From Synechococcus sp. (GTDB lineage Bacteria > Cyanobacteriota > Cyanobacteriia > Thermostichales > PCC-7336), in contig JBFRWD010000061.1 of NCBI GenBank assembly GCA_051439425.1, forward strand, positions 1 through 22,064: a stretch of DNA of 22,064 bases, in the 5' to 3' direction. The position numbers were made by a program, and so were the translations under genes. Below the pieces are notes generated by a model, which searched no databases, was not told where the DNA came from, and saw nothing but the letters and a program-made list of their open reading frames with translations. Below, one piece after another: positions 9,835-18,269 of the stretch (its first letter is position 1; each line of letters starts with the position of its first letter).

Positions 9835-9864
9835 CTTTTCCTGCCCTTAACCGAACGATTACCC
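9835..9864 (+). promoter_or_regulatory. Candidate cyanobacterial Pho box (SphR/PhoB site)
   Basis: Octamers at 11-bp spacing: CTTTTCCT (9835), CTTAACCG (9846), GATTACCC (9857), against the consensus PyTTAAPyPy(T/A). They lie upstream of a PhoA-type gene. Confidence 0.45.
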
Positions 9865-10125
9865 AATCTAGAACACCGCTGTGTAATTGTGATGGGTGGT
9901 TCCCGCAGAAACAGTGAGAGGCAAAACTTAGGCGGAGCTATTTATCGAATTGTAGGTGCTTCGAGGTCGCGTTCGTGACCTATGTTCTGGTGCGGAATTA
10001 TTCATCTCGATAGTCTACTTTCACTTCAACGCTAGCTCTGTAGTCATGCTTCGAACTGATGAGCGGAAGCGATGGTTTAACTATCGCTGAATTCCTTATT
10101 GATATTAGGTTTGGGCGAAATTGTC

Positions 10126-13100
10126 ATGGCGATCGAATTGACTGCAGTTGGCACATATGCCACAGGCATTTTTGATGAAGGCGCGGCTGAGATTCCCGAC
10201 TACGACCCAGAAACTGAGCGGCTGTTTGTCGTCAATGGAGCTGATTCTACAGTTGATGTTCTTGATATTAGCGACCCCGCGAATCCAACCTTTGAGTTTG
10301 CTCTAGAACTGACCACTGGTGCCCCTAATAGCGTTGCGGTCAACGATGGAATTGTGGCGATCGCCGTGGCCGACTCTGTGGATGGGGAACTAGGAGATGT
10401 TGTCTTTTTCGACACCAACGGCAATTTTCTTAGCTCTGTCGAAGTCGGCGTGTTGCCGGATATGCTCACCTTCACCCCCGATGGCACCCAAATATTGGTG
10501 GCTAACGAAGGCGAGCCGGTAGACGACGGCGACCCAGAAGGTTCCATCAGCATTATCGATATCTCGGCCGGAGTGGAGGATGCTGAAGTTGCTACAGCAG
10601 ACTTCACGGCATTTAACGGGATGGAAGATGCCCTGAGAGATAAAGGCATTCGCATCTTCCCCGATCGCCCAGCCTCCGAAGATTTTGAGCCGGAATACAT
10701 CGCAATTTCAGAAGATTCCTCTACGGCTTACGTGACGCTGCAGGAGAACAATGCAGTGGCATTGGTGGATATTGCCACCGCCACGGTGACCGATGTATTG
10801 CCGCTGGGGGTACAAGACTACAGTACCGGCGGTGGATTGGATGCCAGCGATGAAGATGGCGGCATCAACATTCAAAATCAGCCGGTGTTTGGTTTGCGGA
10901 TGCCGGATGCCATTGCGACATTTTCGGTCGGTGGCCAGACCTACTTCATTACCGCGAACGAAGGGGACGATCGCGGCGATGCGGATGAAGATGAGTTTGG
11001 GGACGCCATTCGTGTGGGTGACCTCGGCGATGTCACCTCCTTCGGCCGAAGTGGATTGGCATTAGACGAGAATTTCGACCCAGAGATTGCCAACGAAGAG
11101 AATCTCGGTCGCTTGGTGATATCCAGCTTGGACGGAGATACAGATGGCGATGGGGATTTAGACCAACTATTCGCCTATGGCTCCCGCTCTTTCTCTATCT
11201 ACGATGCTGACGGAAATTTAGTGTTTGACAGCGGCGAACAACTGGAGCAAATCACTGCAGCTCAGTTCCCTGATGATTTCAACGCCAATAACGACGAAAA
11301 CGATAGCTTTGAATCCCGCAGCGACAACAAAGGCCCCGAACCCGAAGGGGTGACGGTCGGCACAATTGGCGATCGCACCTATGCGTTTATCGGGCTTGAG
11401 CGAATTGGTGGCATTGCGGTGTTTGATGTCTCTGAGCCGGCCAATTCCGAGTTTGTGCAGTACATCAACAATCGTGATTTCAGCGGCGATGCGGAAGCGG
11501 GAACGGCTGGCGATCTCGGCCCTGAAGGACTGGAATTTATCTCGGCAGACGACAGCCCCAACGGCATTCCCCTACTGGCGGTGGCCAATGAAGTTAGCGG
11601 CACGACAACTCTTTACGAAATTACCGATCTAACATCTGACCCCGCACCTGAAAATCCGACCCCAGATGGTCCAACTCCTGAGGGCAATTTCACTCTGCAA
11701 CTGCTGCACGCCTCCGACCTGGAGGGCGGGGTAGATGCAATTCAAAACGCCCCTAACTTTGCGGCGATCGCCAATTACTTCGATACCACCTTCACCACCG
11801 ACTTCGGTGGCTCCCTCACCATCTCTGCTGGAGATAACTACCTGCCCGGTCCCTTCTTGGCAGCAGCCGGTGCTGGCGAAGATGGCCCATTGGAAGAAAC
11901 CCTGCGCTCTGTATTCGAGCGCTTCTACGAACTAGAGCCCGGAGCGCTAGCCGACCTAGAGGCAGATGCCGGTCGCGTTGACATTGCCATCATGAACTTG
12001 ATTGGCTTCGATGCGTCGGTATTGGGGAACCACGAATTCGACTTGGGTACTTCCGAGCTGGCCAATATCATCGGGACCGAGCTGGATAGTGGCTTTGACG
12101 GCAGCGACCCCGGCACGATCGAATGGTTCGGCGCTCAGTTCCCGTACCTGTCTGCCAACCTAGACTTCTCTGCTGACGAAGCCACTGCCGAGCTGTTCAC
12201 AAACGAACTGCGCAACGTCACCGAATATCTGACCAATCCCGACGTGATCGACAACTTCACCAACAGCGCCGAAAAGATCGCCCCTTCAGCATTGGCGGAA
12301 GTGGACGGGGAAACCATCGGCATTATAGGCATCACGACTCCGCTGCTGGAAACCATCTCCAGCACCGGCAACGTGGATGTTATCGACCCGGAGACCAACG
12401 ACCTGCAGGCGCTGGCCGGCTTGATTAACCCTCAACTGGATGCGCTAGCTGCCCAGACTGACAAGATTATCGTCACTGCCCACCTGCAGCAGTTCTCTCT
12501 GTCAGAACAGCTCATTCCTCTGCTCAATCACGTTGATATCTTTATCTCCGGCGGTTCCGACACCATCCTGCTGGATGAGAACGACACTCCATTTCCCGGC
12601 ACTGAAGCGGATGTGGATGAGTACCCAATCATCCTCCAGAATGCAGATGGCAACGATACCGCGCTGGTCTCCACCGATGGCGAATACCGCTATGTGGGTC
12701 GCTTGGTGATTGAGTTTGACGAGCAAGGGAACATCATTGCCGACTCGGTAGACAGCACCGAATCCGGTTCCTTCGAAACCTCGAATGAAGGGGTATTGAA
12801 TGTTGTAGACGACGGCTCGGTGACGGGTGATAGCGATGGCCTTACCTTTGCTGATGATTCCGTGCCCGACTTGGTGCAAGAGCTAGTGAGTAGCGTCAGC
12901 GATATTGTCACGGCGCAAGATTCCAACATTCTGGGCCTGACCGATGTCTATTTAGAAGGGGAGCGATCGGCGGTTCGCACCGAAGAAACCAATTTGGGCA
13001 ATCTGACTGCCGATGCTAATTTGGCAGCCGCCAAGGAAGCGGATAAAACCGTTGTGATTTCTCTGAAGAACGGCGGCGGCATTCGCTCGGCAATCGGAGA

Positions 13101-14241
13101 AGTGGATTCAGCCGATGGCTCGCTGCTACCCCCTCAAGCCAACCCTGTATCGGGTCGAGGAGAAGGGGAAATTTCCGAGTTAGAAGTGGCTAACTCCCTG
13201 CGATTCAACAACGGCCTGACCCTGCTGACATTAACTGCCGATGAGATTCTACAGGTGTTGGAGCATGCGGTAGCTGAGACGGGGGATGGCAATACTCCGG
13301 GCCAGTTCGCTCAAATTGGCGGCATTTCCTTTAGCTTCGATGCGTCTCGGGCAGCGGGCGATCGCGTCGTGTCTGCTGCAGTCACGAACGAAGATGGCAG
13401 CATTGCTGATGTGTTGGTGGAAGACGGTGAACTGGTGGGGGATACCGCCCGCACCTTCCGGATCGTCACCCTCAATTTCTTGGCCAACGGTGGCGATGAC
13501 TATCCTTTCGCCGACTTCGAGGCGGCTAACCCCGATCGCGTCAATCGGGTTGACCTCAGCGATCTGAATGGTGATGGCGAGACCGATGAAGTCTTCACAG
13601 GAGATGCCACGTTTGCAGCGGATGGTACCGAGCAGGATGCGTTAGCTGAATTCTTAATTGATAACTTCAGCACCACCCCATTTGCCGACGCGGAGACTCC
13701 GGTTGAGGAGGACACTCGCATTCAAAACCTGGCCTTTCGTGACGACACCGTTCTGGATGGTTTCGGTACTCCCATCCCTTCCAGTGGCATTGATTTTGAA
13801 GGGGATGATTTGACGGCAGGTACCATCGTTACCGACCAGTTGACGGGTTTGACCGTGACGGCAGATGGCTTCGGGGCAATGATCTTCGACACGGCCAATC
13901 CCACCGGTGGAGACAGCGACTTAGCGAGCGACAGTCTGGGTAACGTGCTGATTCTGTCGGAGGATGGTGACACCAGCGATGCCGATGACAATGCGGCGGG
14001 CGGCACCTTCCAATTTGCCTTCAACGATCTGGTGGCGATAGATTCCATCACAGTGCTGGATGTGGAGGAAGGTGGAACGATTGAAGCCTTTGGAGCAGAC
14101 GGTTCTAGTCTCGGAACTGTTAATATCGCAGCTACCGCGAACGGTGCTGTTGGCACTGTGAATGTGGATGCCGAAGAGGTGAGCAGTTTGAATGTCACTT
14201 TGAACGGTAGCGGCGCGATCGCCGATATCCTTTTGGTCTAG
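10126..14241 (+). CDS. phoA: Cyanobacterial PhoA-type alkaline phosphatase: choice-of-anchor I domain, 5'-nucleotidase/metallophosphoesterase and an acidic C-terminal beta domain
   Basis: Choice-of-anchor I motifs: GAAEI, LPDMLTFTPDG, ANEGEP, FEPEYI, TLQENNA, MPDAI, YGSRSFSI, SRSDNKGPEPEG, DLGPEGL, ANEVSGT. Nucleotidase motifs: LQLLHASDLEG, AGDNY, GNHEFD, VRTEETNLGNL, KNGGGIR. ATG 10126 is preferred over TTG 10099. Confidence 0.9.
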   Translation: MAIELTAVGTYATGIFDEGAAEIPDYDPETERLFVVNGADSTVDVLDISDPANPTFEFALELTTGAPNSVAVNDGIVAIAVADSVDGELGDVVFFDTNGNFLSSVEVGVLPDMLTFTPDGTQILVANEGEPVDDGDPEGSISIIDISAGVEDAEVATADFTAFNGMEDALRDKGIRIFPDRPASEDFEPEYIAISEDSSTAYVTLQENNAVALVDIATATVTDVLPLGVQDYSTGGGLDASDEDGGINIQNQPVFGLRMPDAIATFSVGGQTYFITANEGDDRGDADEDEFGDAIRVGDLGDVTSFGRSGLALDENFDPEIANEENLGRLVISSLDGDTDGDGDLDQLFAYGSRSFSIYDADGNLVFDSGEQLEQITAAQFPDDFNANNDENDSFESRSDNKGPEPEGVTVGTIGDRTYAFIGLERIGGIAVFDVSEPANSEFVQYINNRDFSGDAEAGTAGDLGPEGLEFISADDSPNGIPLLAVANEVSGTTTLYEITDLTSDPAPENPTPDGPTPEGNFTLQLLHASDLEGGVDAIQNAPNFAAIANYFDTTFTTDFGGSLTISAGDNYLPGPFLAAAGAGEDGPLEETLRSVFERFYELEPGALADLEADAGRVDIAIMNLIGFDASVLGNHEFDLGTSELANIIGTELDSGFDGSDPGTIEWFGAQFPYLSANLDFSADEATAELFTNELRNVTEYLTNPDVIDNFTNSAEKIAPSALAEVDGETIGIIGITTPLLETISSTGNVDVIDPETNDLQALAGLINPQLDALAAQTDKIIVTAHLQQFSLSEQLIPLLNHVDIFISGGSDTILLDENDTPFPGTEADVDEYPIILQNADGNDTALVSTDGEYRYVGRLVIEFDEQGNIIADSVDSTESGSFETSNEGVLNVVDDGSVTGDSDGLTFADDSVPDLVQELVSSVSDIVTAQDSNILGLTDVYLEGERSAVRTEETNLGNLTADANLAAAKEADKTVVISLKNGGGIRSAIGEVDSADGSLLPPQANPVSGRGEGEISELEVANSLRFNNGLTLLTLTADEILQVLEHAVAETGDGNTPGQFAQIGGISFSFDASRAAGDRVVSAAVTNEDGSIADVLVEDGELVGDTARTFRIVTLNFLANGGDDYPFADFEAANPDRVNRVDLSDLNGDGETDEVFTGDATFAADGTEQDALAEFLIDNFSTTPFADAETPVEEDTRIQNLAFRDDTVLDGFGTPIPSSGIDFEGDDLTAGTIVTDQLTGLTVTADGFGAMIFDTANPTGGDSDLASDSLGNVLILSEDGDTSDADDNAAGGTFQFAFNDLVAIDSITVLDVEEGGTIEAFGADGSSLGTVNIAATANGAVGTVNVDAEEVSSLNVTLNGSGAIADILLV

Positions 14242-14299
14242 TTTCGATGCTCTAAGCACGGATTAGTCAGCTATTCACTCTCAAAAACTTAATTTAATG

Positions 14300-14342
14300 G
14301 CCCGACAGTGGCATGCAACGTCCACTGTCGGGCTTTCTTTTT
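14300..14342 (+). terminator. Rho-independent terminator of phoA
   Basis: Perfect 12-bp stem GCCCGACAGTGG / CCACTGTCGGGC with a 10-nt loop, followed by TTTCTTTTT; lies between convergent genes. Confidence 0.9.
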
Positions 14343-14403
14343 GCTCGAGTATAAATATCAGTTGTGACGAGTCATCAGAAGTTAGCAGCAAAGTCATTTT
14401 GAG

Positions 14404-15333
14404 CTACATGCCGGGTGGCATGTCGGCAAGCTGCTGCACATCACTGAGTACAATTTGAGGCTTACCTTGCGGATTGGGTGGATACAAGCTGGCTTGTCCC
14501 GATACGTAAACGTAACCGCGCCCGAAGCCAGCATAACGGGTCTCGATGAGCCGTAAAACAGTCTGAGAGTCTGCAGAGTCTCTGTTTGGAATCCAAAGAT
14601 TAAACTTGTGAAATTTCGACCCGGCGTAAATCAGAGCGCCATTGCTAGGCCATTTATCGATCCCCCCTTGCAGATCGCACAATACTGTCATCTCGTTGCC
14701 TGCTTTAGCTGCCTCCACGATGTCATCGTAGTTTAGGCGCACTGACAGCACACCGGCCTGACTACCCGCGTAACGGTAGTCCTGGACGACATGCTCTCGC
14801 AGGTACCACCAAGGAATCAGGGCGGCATAATCCCTTCTCGGTCCACCTGCATTTGTTTCCGGATCCCAGATTCCTTTACCTATGGCTTGAGCCTCTGCCT
14901 CTGCTTCTACAAATTGGCGGTGGTACAGGCGAGAACGACCGTATTTGACAAAATATGGGCTCCATCCCGCGCGTACCATTTGCAAGTTGGAATTTTCCTC
15001 TTCTCCAGCCTTATAGACGTAACAAATCAGTCGTCCAAAGTTCCCCCGGTGTTTGCGAAGGCAAACCTGAACGGGTTCGTTGGTGTCAAATTCCAGATCG
15101 ACCCGCACGTCGCCATGAGGCATCCCTTCTTCGTTGGCTCCGAAATAGTCCTTTGCCCAGGCCGATGCCAGCAGACCAGCATTGGTGACTGGTTTGCTAC
15201 CACCGTGCTGGCTTTCTTCCGTGTCCAGGCAAACAAACCGAATGGATTCCTGCTCATCATTAAGGAGTACTTTAATCGTGTCTCCATCGACCACTTTGAT
15301 AAGTTTGAGGTTTTTGATGACCGTGCCTTTCAC
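14404..15333 (-). CDS. Thermonuclease (SNase-like) family protein with an extra C-terminal OB-fold-like domain; no signal peptide
   Basis: KVVDGDTIKV, IRFVCLDTEE, FGRLICYVY, NLQMVRAGW, AEAEAQAIGKGIW. GTG start preceded by AAAGGAGG. C-terminal VYVSGQASLY..GKPQIVL. Confidence 0.9.
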   Translation of the reverse strand: MKGTVIKNLKLIKVVDGDTIKVLLNDEQESIRFVCLDTEESQHGGSKPVTNAGLLASAWAKDYFGANEEGMPHGDVRVDLEFDTNEPVQVCLRKHRGNFGRLICYVYKAGEEENSNLQMVRAGWSPYFVKYGRSRLYHRQFVEAEAEAQAIGKGIWDPETNAGGPRRDYAALIPWWYLREHVVQDYRYAGSQAGVLSVRLNYDDIVEAAKAGNEMTVLCDLQGGIDKWPSNGALIYAGSKFHKFNLWIPNRDSADSQTVLRLIETRYAGFGRGYVYVSGQASLYPPNPQGKPQIVLSDVQQLADMPPGM

Positions 15334-15439
15334 GAAAGTTCCTCCTTTCAGTCAGGTTTTGATGAGTTGTCTGTTGGCACTCTCTTACCGGGGAAATTGA
15401 GAAGAAGTGCACAAGTGTCACTTCTTCTCAGAAACACCC

Positions 15440-17674
15440 TCAATACCTCAATTTCAGAGACCATTTCTCCAGCTTGCCTGTATCGAGCCCTTGCAGATCT
15501 TTCACACGCAGTACCCAGTTGCCTTGAATTGGCTGGCCGACCAAGGCTTCTAGCGCAGGGGTGGATATACGGTCAAAGGTCATTCTCAAATTGTCGCTAC
15601 TGCCTCCCGACATATTGTGCAGGGTGACGCTTTGACCGGAAGGAGCTGCAATTTCCACCAGCAAGTCTCCGATGTATGTATGGGGAATAACCACTCCAAC
15701 AGAGATATCTTGGAGCGTCCCCGACTCAGCGAACGTGATCGTGCTGTTGATTCCTTCTGGCTTGTTGTCAGGAATTGACAGGTTCGGGTTAGCTTCTGCT
15801 TGGACGACTTGACCAACGGACTCGTACTCAATTTCAAGATTCCAACGATTGAGCCGACCCATGTCGCGGGATTCGAGATCTCGCACGTTCAAAAGCCAAC
15901 GTCCTTCAAGCAATTCACCAGCTAAAGTTGTCAATACCGGTGTGGAGTTAGCAGTGTAAGTTTGCTGCAAATCTCGCTGAGAGCCACCTTTGCGGTCGTG
16001 GAGCATGACTTTCTTCCCAGACGGGGACCGCAACTCTACTTGCAGGTCGCCGATATAGGTGTGGGTAATGTCTAGGACGACTTTAAGAGCTTTGACTTTG
16101 CCAGCTTGGCTAATGGCGATCGCACTAGTAATCCCTTCAGGCCGATCATCAGGAATCGGCAGATCGGCGGTCACTTCTTGACGAACCACGTTTGGTGGCA
16201 CGATTGGCCCGAGGGTGACGCGAATCACTTCGCCAGGTTCTGAGATCTTGGAAAGTGCGAGCCCTGAGTCAGTGCCGTCCCAGGCTCGGGTAGATGGGGT
16301 TGTTGCATAGGCCAAGGCTATGCCGTCCACTCGCCCGAATAAGTCACCCCGATCGCCCCGGTTGCGATTGTTTTCGAGATCCAGGTGGCCATCTGCTTGC
16401 AGCAAGCCGCATTGGTAGTGGCGATCGCGCGTGCCCCCTTGCCACTCATTCGACCCGAGTGTGTCGCAGTGATAAACGGCCAGGCCGCTATCGGGAAGGT
16501 AGGTATCTAAACCCTGTTGGGTACGGTTTTCGACGATGAAGTACTCGTTAGCCTGATAAGTTTCGTACTTCATGAGAGTGCCGTAATCCCCCTGTTTAAC
16601 CTCGTAATCATCGGGAGAGTTCAAGCGAATCTCGCGATCGCACCAACCCACTAAATCCCTTAAGTAAGCGCAAATCGGTGCTGGGGTTCGACCGTTGTTG
16701 AGGTGATTGCCGGAGGACATCAGGCAGTAATGTCCCATGCCGCTACTTTTCTCAAAATCACCATCCCGCCTTCCATAGTCATACAAATCGGGGAAGCGAC
16801 ATAGGAGATGACCGCTTTCATGACAAAACGTTCCGATACTGAGGTCAACACGCTGGCGGCCCAGGCTTTGGATGGTGTAATTCCGGACTTTGATGCCGTT
16901 GTAGTTGAGATTTAGTTGGAAGTTATGGGGCCAGAGTTCGCCTTCATAAACGGTTCGTCCCGCATACATAAAGCTCACGGCATCGACAATGCCTTCGCCA
17001 CGCGAGTCAAATTGGGTTAGATCGACTCCCAGTTCATTCACAGCCTTGTCTAAAGCTTCCCGACAAAGCAGGTTCTGTACGTAGTACCTTTGATTTTGGC
17101 TCAATTTAACCGGCCCTACGACCTGGTTGGAGTAGTCCAATTTTCCATTGGACATTAAATGGAAGTATTCGCGAACCGAGCAGTAGTTGCCGTTTTCTCG
17201 ATAGTTGGGAGCATTTAACATCTCCTCAACATCGGCAGCAGTTACAGCAGTTGAGAGGTCGGCAAATTCAACCAATACTGTCAGGCCGCGAATGTGACCC
17301 TCGCTGACTCGCCGCCCGTTTAGCAGTCCATTGTTTGGGCCGAGGGTTCTGGCGACGTTGGACGCTATATCTGATGCCTGGGGTCGTAGGGCATCGTACC
17401 GTTGGCTAAATTTCTCGTTGCGAATCTTTTCTGCTTCTCTCAGTCCTCGTCGAATTTCTGAAGGCGGACGTTTGGAGATGGGAATTCCACTGGAGGCAAA
17501 TTGTCCGTTCAGTAAGAGGGCATAACAGTACTGTCCGCGATCTGGATCGTAAACAACGGTGTAACCCTCCTTGGTTTCGTAGCGGGCATAAAATTCATCG
17601 CCGAATACAACTAGTTCAACATCTGCGCCGTTTTCTTGTTGGAAAATTAGGGTTTCAGAAAATATGGCACTCAT
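15440..17674 (-). CDS. M6 family (immune inhibitor A-like) zinc metalloprotease with N-terminal prodomain and two proprotein-convertase P-domains
   Basis: LTVLVEFAD, SVREYF..MSNGKL, LWPH, zinc motif CHESGHLLCRFPDLYD (HESGH at 16808-16822), Met-turn YCLMSSG, EYFIVENR. Two HTYIGDL..SPSG..G(R/N)W.L.V.D..G.L..W.L units. AGGAG before the ATG. Confidence 0.93.
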   Translation of the reverse strand: MSAIFSETLIFQQENGADVELVVFGDEFYARYETKEGYTVVYDPDRGQYCYALLLNGQFASSGIPISKRPPSEIRRGLREAEKIRNEKFSQRYDALRPQASDIASNVARTLGPNNGLLNGRRVSEGHIRGLTVLVEFADLSTAVTAADVEEMLNAPNYRENGNYCSVREYFHLMSNGKLDYSNQVVGPVKLSQNQRYYVQNLLCREALDKAVNELGVDLTQFDSRGEGIVDAVSFMYAGRTVYEGELWPHNFQLNLNYNGIKVRNYTIQSLGRQRVDLSIGTFCHESGHLLCRFPDLYDYGRRDGDFEKSSGMGHYCLMSSGNHLNNGRTPAPICAYLRDLVGWCDREIRLNSPDDYEVKQGDYGTLMKYETYQANEYFIVENRTQQGLDTYLPDSGLAVYHCDTLGSNEWQGGTRDRHYQCGLLQADGHLDLENNRNRGDRGDLFGRVDGIALAYATTPSTRAWDGTDSGLALSKISEPGEVIRVTLGPIVPPNVVRQEVTADLPIPDDRPEGITSAIAISQAGKVKALKVVLDITHTYIGDLQVELRSPSGKKVMLHDRKGGSQRDLQQTYTANSTPVLTTLAGELLEGRWLLNVRDLESRDMGRLNRWNLEIEYESVGQVVQAEANPNLSIPDNKPEGINSTITFAESGTLQDISVGVVIPHTYIGDLLVEIAAPSGQSVTLHNMSGGSSDNLRMTFDRISTPALEALVGQPIQGNWVLRVKDLQGLDTGKLEKWSLKLRY
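15443..16180 (-). repeat. Tandem duplicated P-domains within the M6 protease (about 15824-16180 and 15443-15802)
   Basis: IPDDRPEGITSAI..ITHTYIGDLQVEL..SPSG..LH..GGS aligns with IPDNKPEGINSTI..IPHTYIGDLLVEI..APSG..LH..GGS. Confidence 0.9.
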
Positions 17675-17715
17675 GGTTTTCTCCTGGTCTGATAGCTAAA
17701 CCTTTACGAAGGTGT

Positions 17716-18045
17716 TTATGACTGTTGGTTTGGAGGTACGTCACTCTCAAAGGGTCTGAATCGGTTGTACCGCTGGGCAGCTTTTTCGTTGCGTATGGGC
17801 TCATCTTCTTCAAGGTGGGGCGCTAGTGTTGGCGGTGACGGTTCTGAGATGGGAATTCCGCTGGAAGCAAATTCGCCTTTGTGCAAAATGGCGTAGCAAT
17901 ATCGCCCCACTTCATCGTCGTAGATGACTGTGTATCCATCCTTTGTCTCGCGGCGGGAATAAAATTCATCGCCGACGACCACTAGTTCTACCTCGGCTCC
18001 TTTGTCTTGCGGGAAGATTAAGGTTTCACCAAAGATGGCACTCAT
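17716..18045 (-). CDS. Stand-alone paralogue of the M6 protease N-terminal prodomain (109 aa)
   Basis: ATG 18045 has an AGGAG RBS and gives MSAIFGETLIFPQ, aligning without gaps to residues 1-109 of the downstream protease (66/109 identical by hand count). The ORF-track start at 18078 is probably too long. Confidence 0.85.
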   Translation of the reverse strand: MSAIFGETLIFPQDKGAEVELVVVGDEFYSRRETKDGYTVIYDDEVGRYCYAILHKGEFASSGIPISEPSPPTLAPHLEEDEPIRNEKAAQRYNRFRPFESDVPPNQQS

Positions 18046-18238
18046 GGTTAACTCCTGATGTGAAGATCCACCGCCCATTTCTGTCGTTCAATAGCTGCGA
18101 TCGCATAGTTAGGAAGCAATTTGCTCGTTAGATTTTCACGTTGTGCTGGCTTATGTCTGAGGAGTAAAGTAAAGACTCTGCAAGTCAAATGGCGTTTAAC
18201 CGATTTGTATTTCTAGGTTTAGAAGCACTTGCTAACAG

Positions 18239-18268
18239 TTCTAGCCAGACAAAAATTGCTGGCTAGAA
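18239..18268 (-). other. Perfect 10-bp stem-loop immediately after the amylase stop codon
   Basis: TTCTAGCCAG-N10-CTGGCTAGAA; no U-tract on the - strand. Confidence 0.6.
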
Positions 18269-18269
18269 T

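Noticed and set aside
10200..14259. Several Ser-rich antisense and alternate-frame ORFs within phoA
   Set aside because: Expected by-products of Asp/Glu/Gly codon bias on the coding strand.
14791..15627. 278-aa + strand ORF
   Set aside because: Antisense to the nuclease and protease genes; no motifs.
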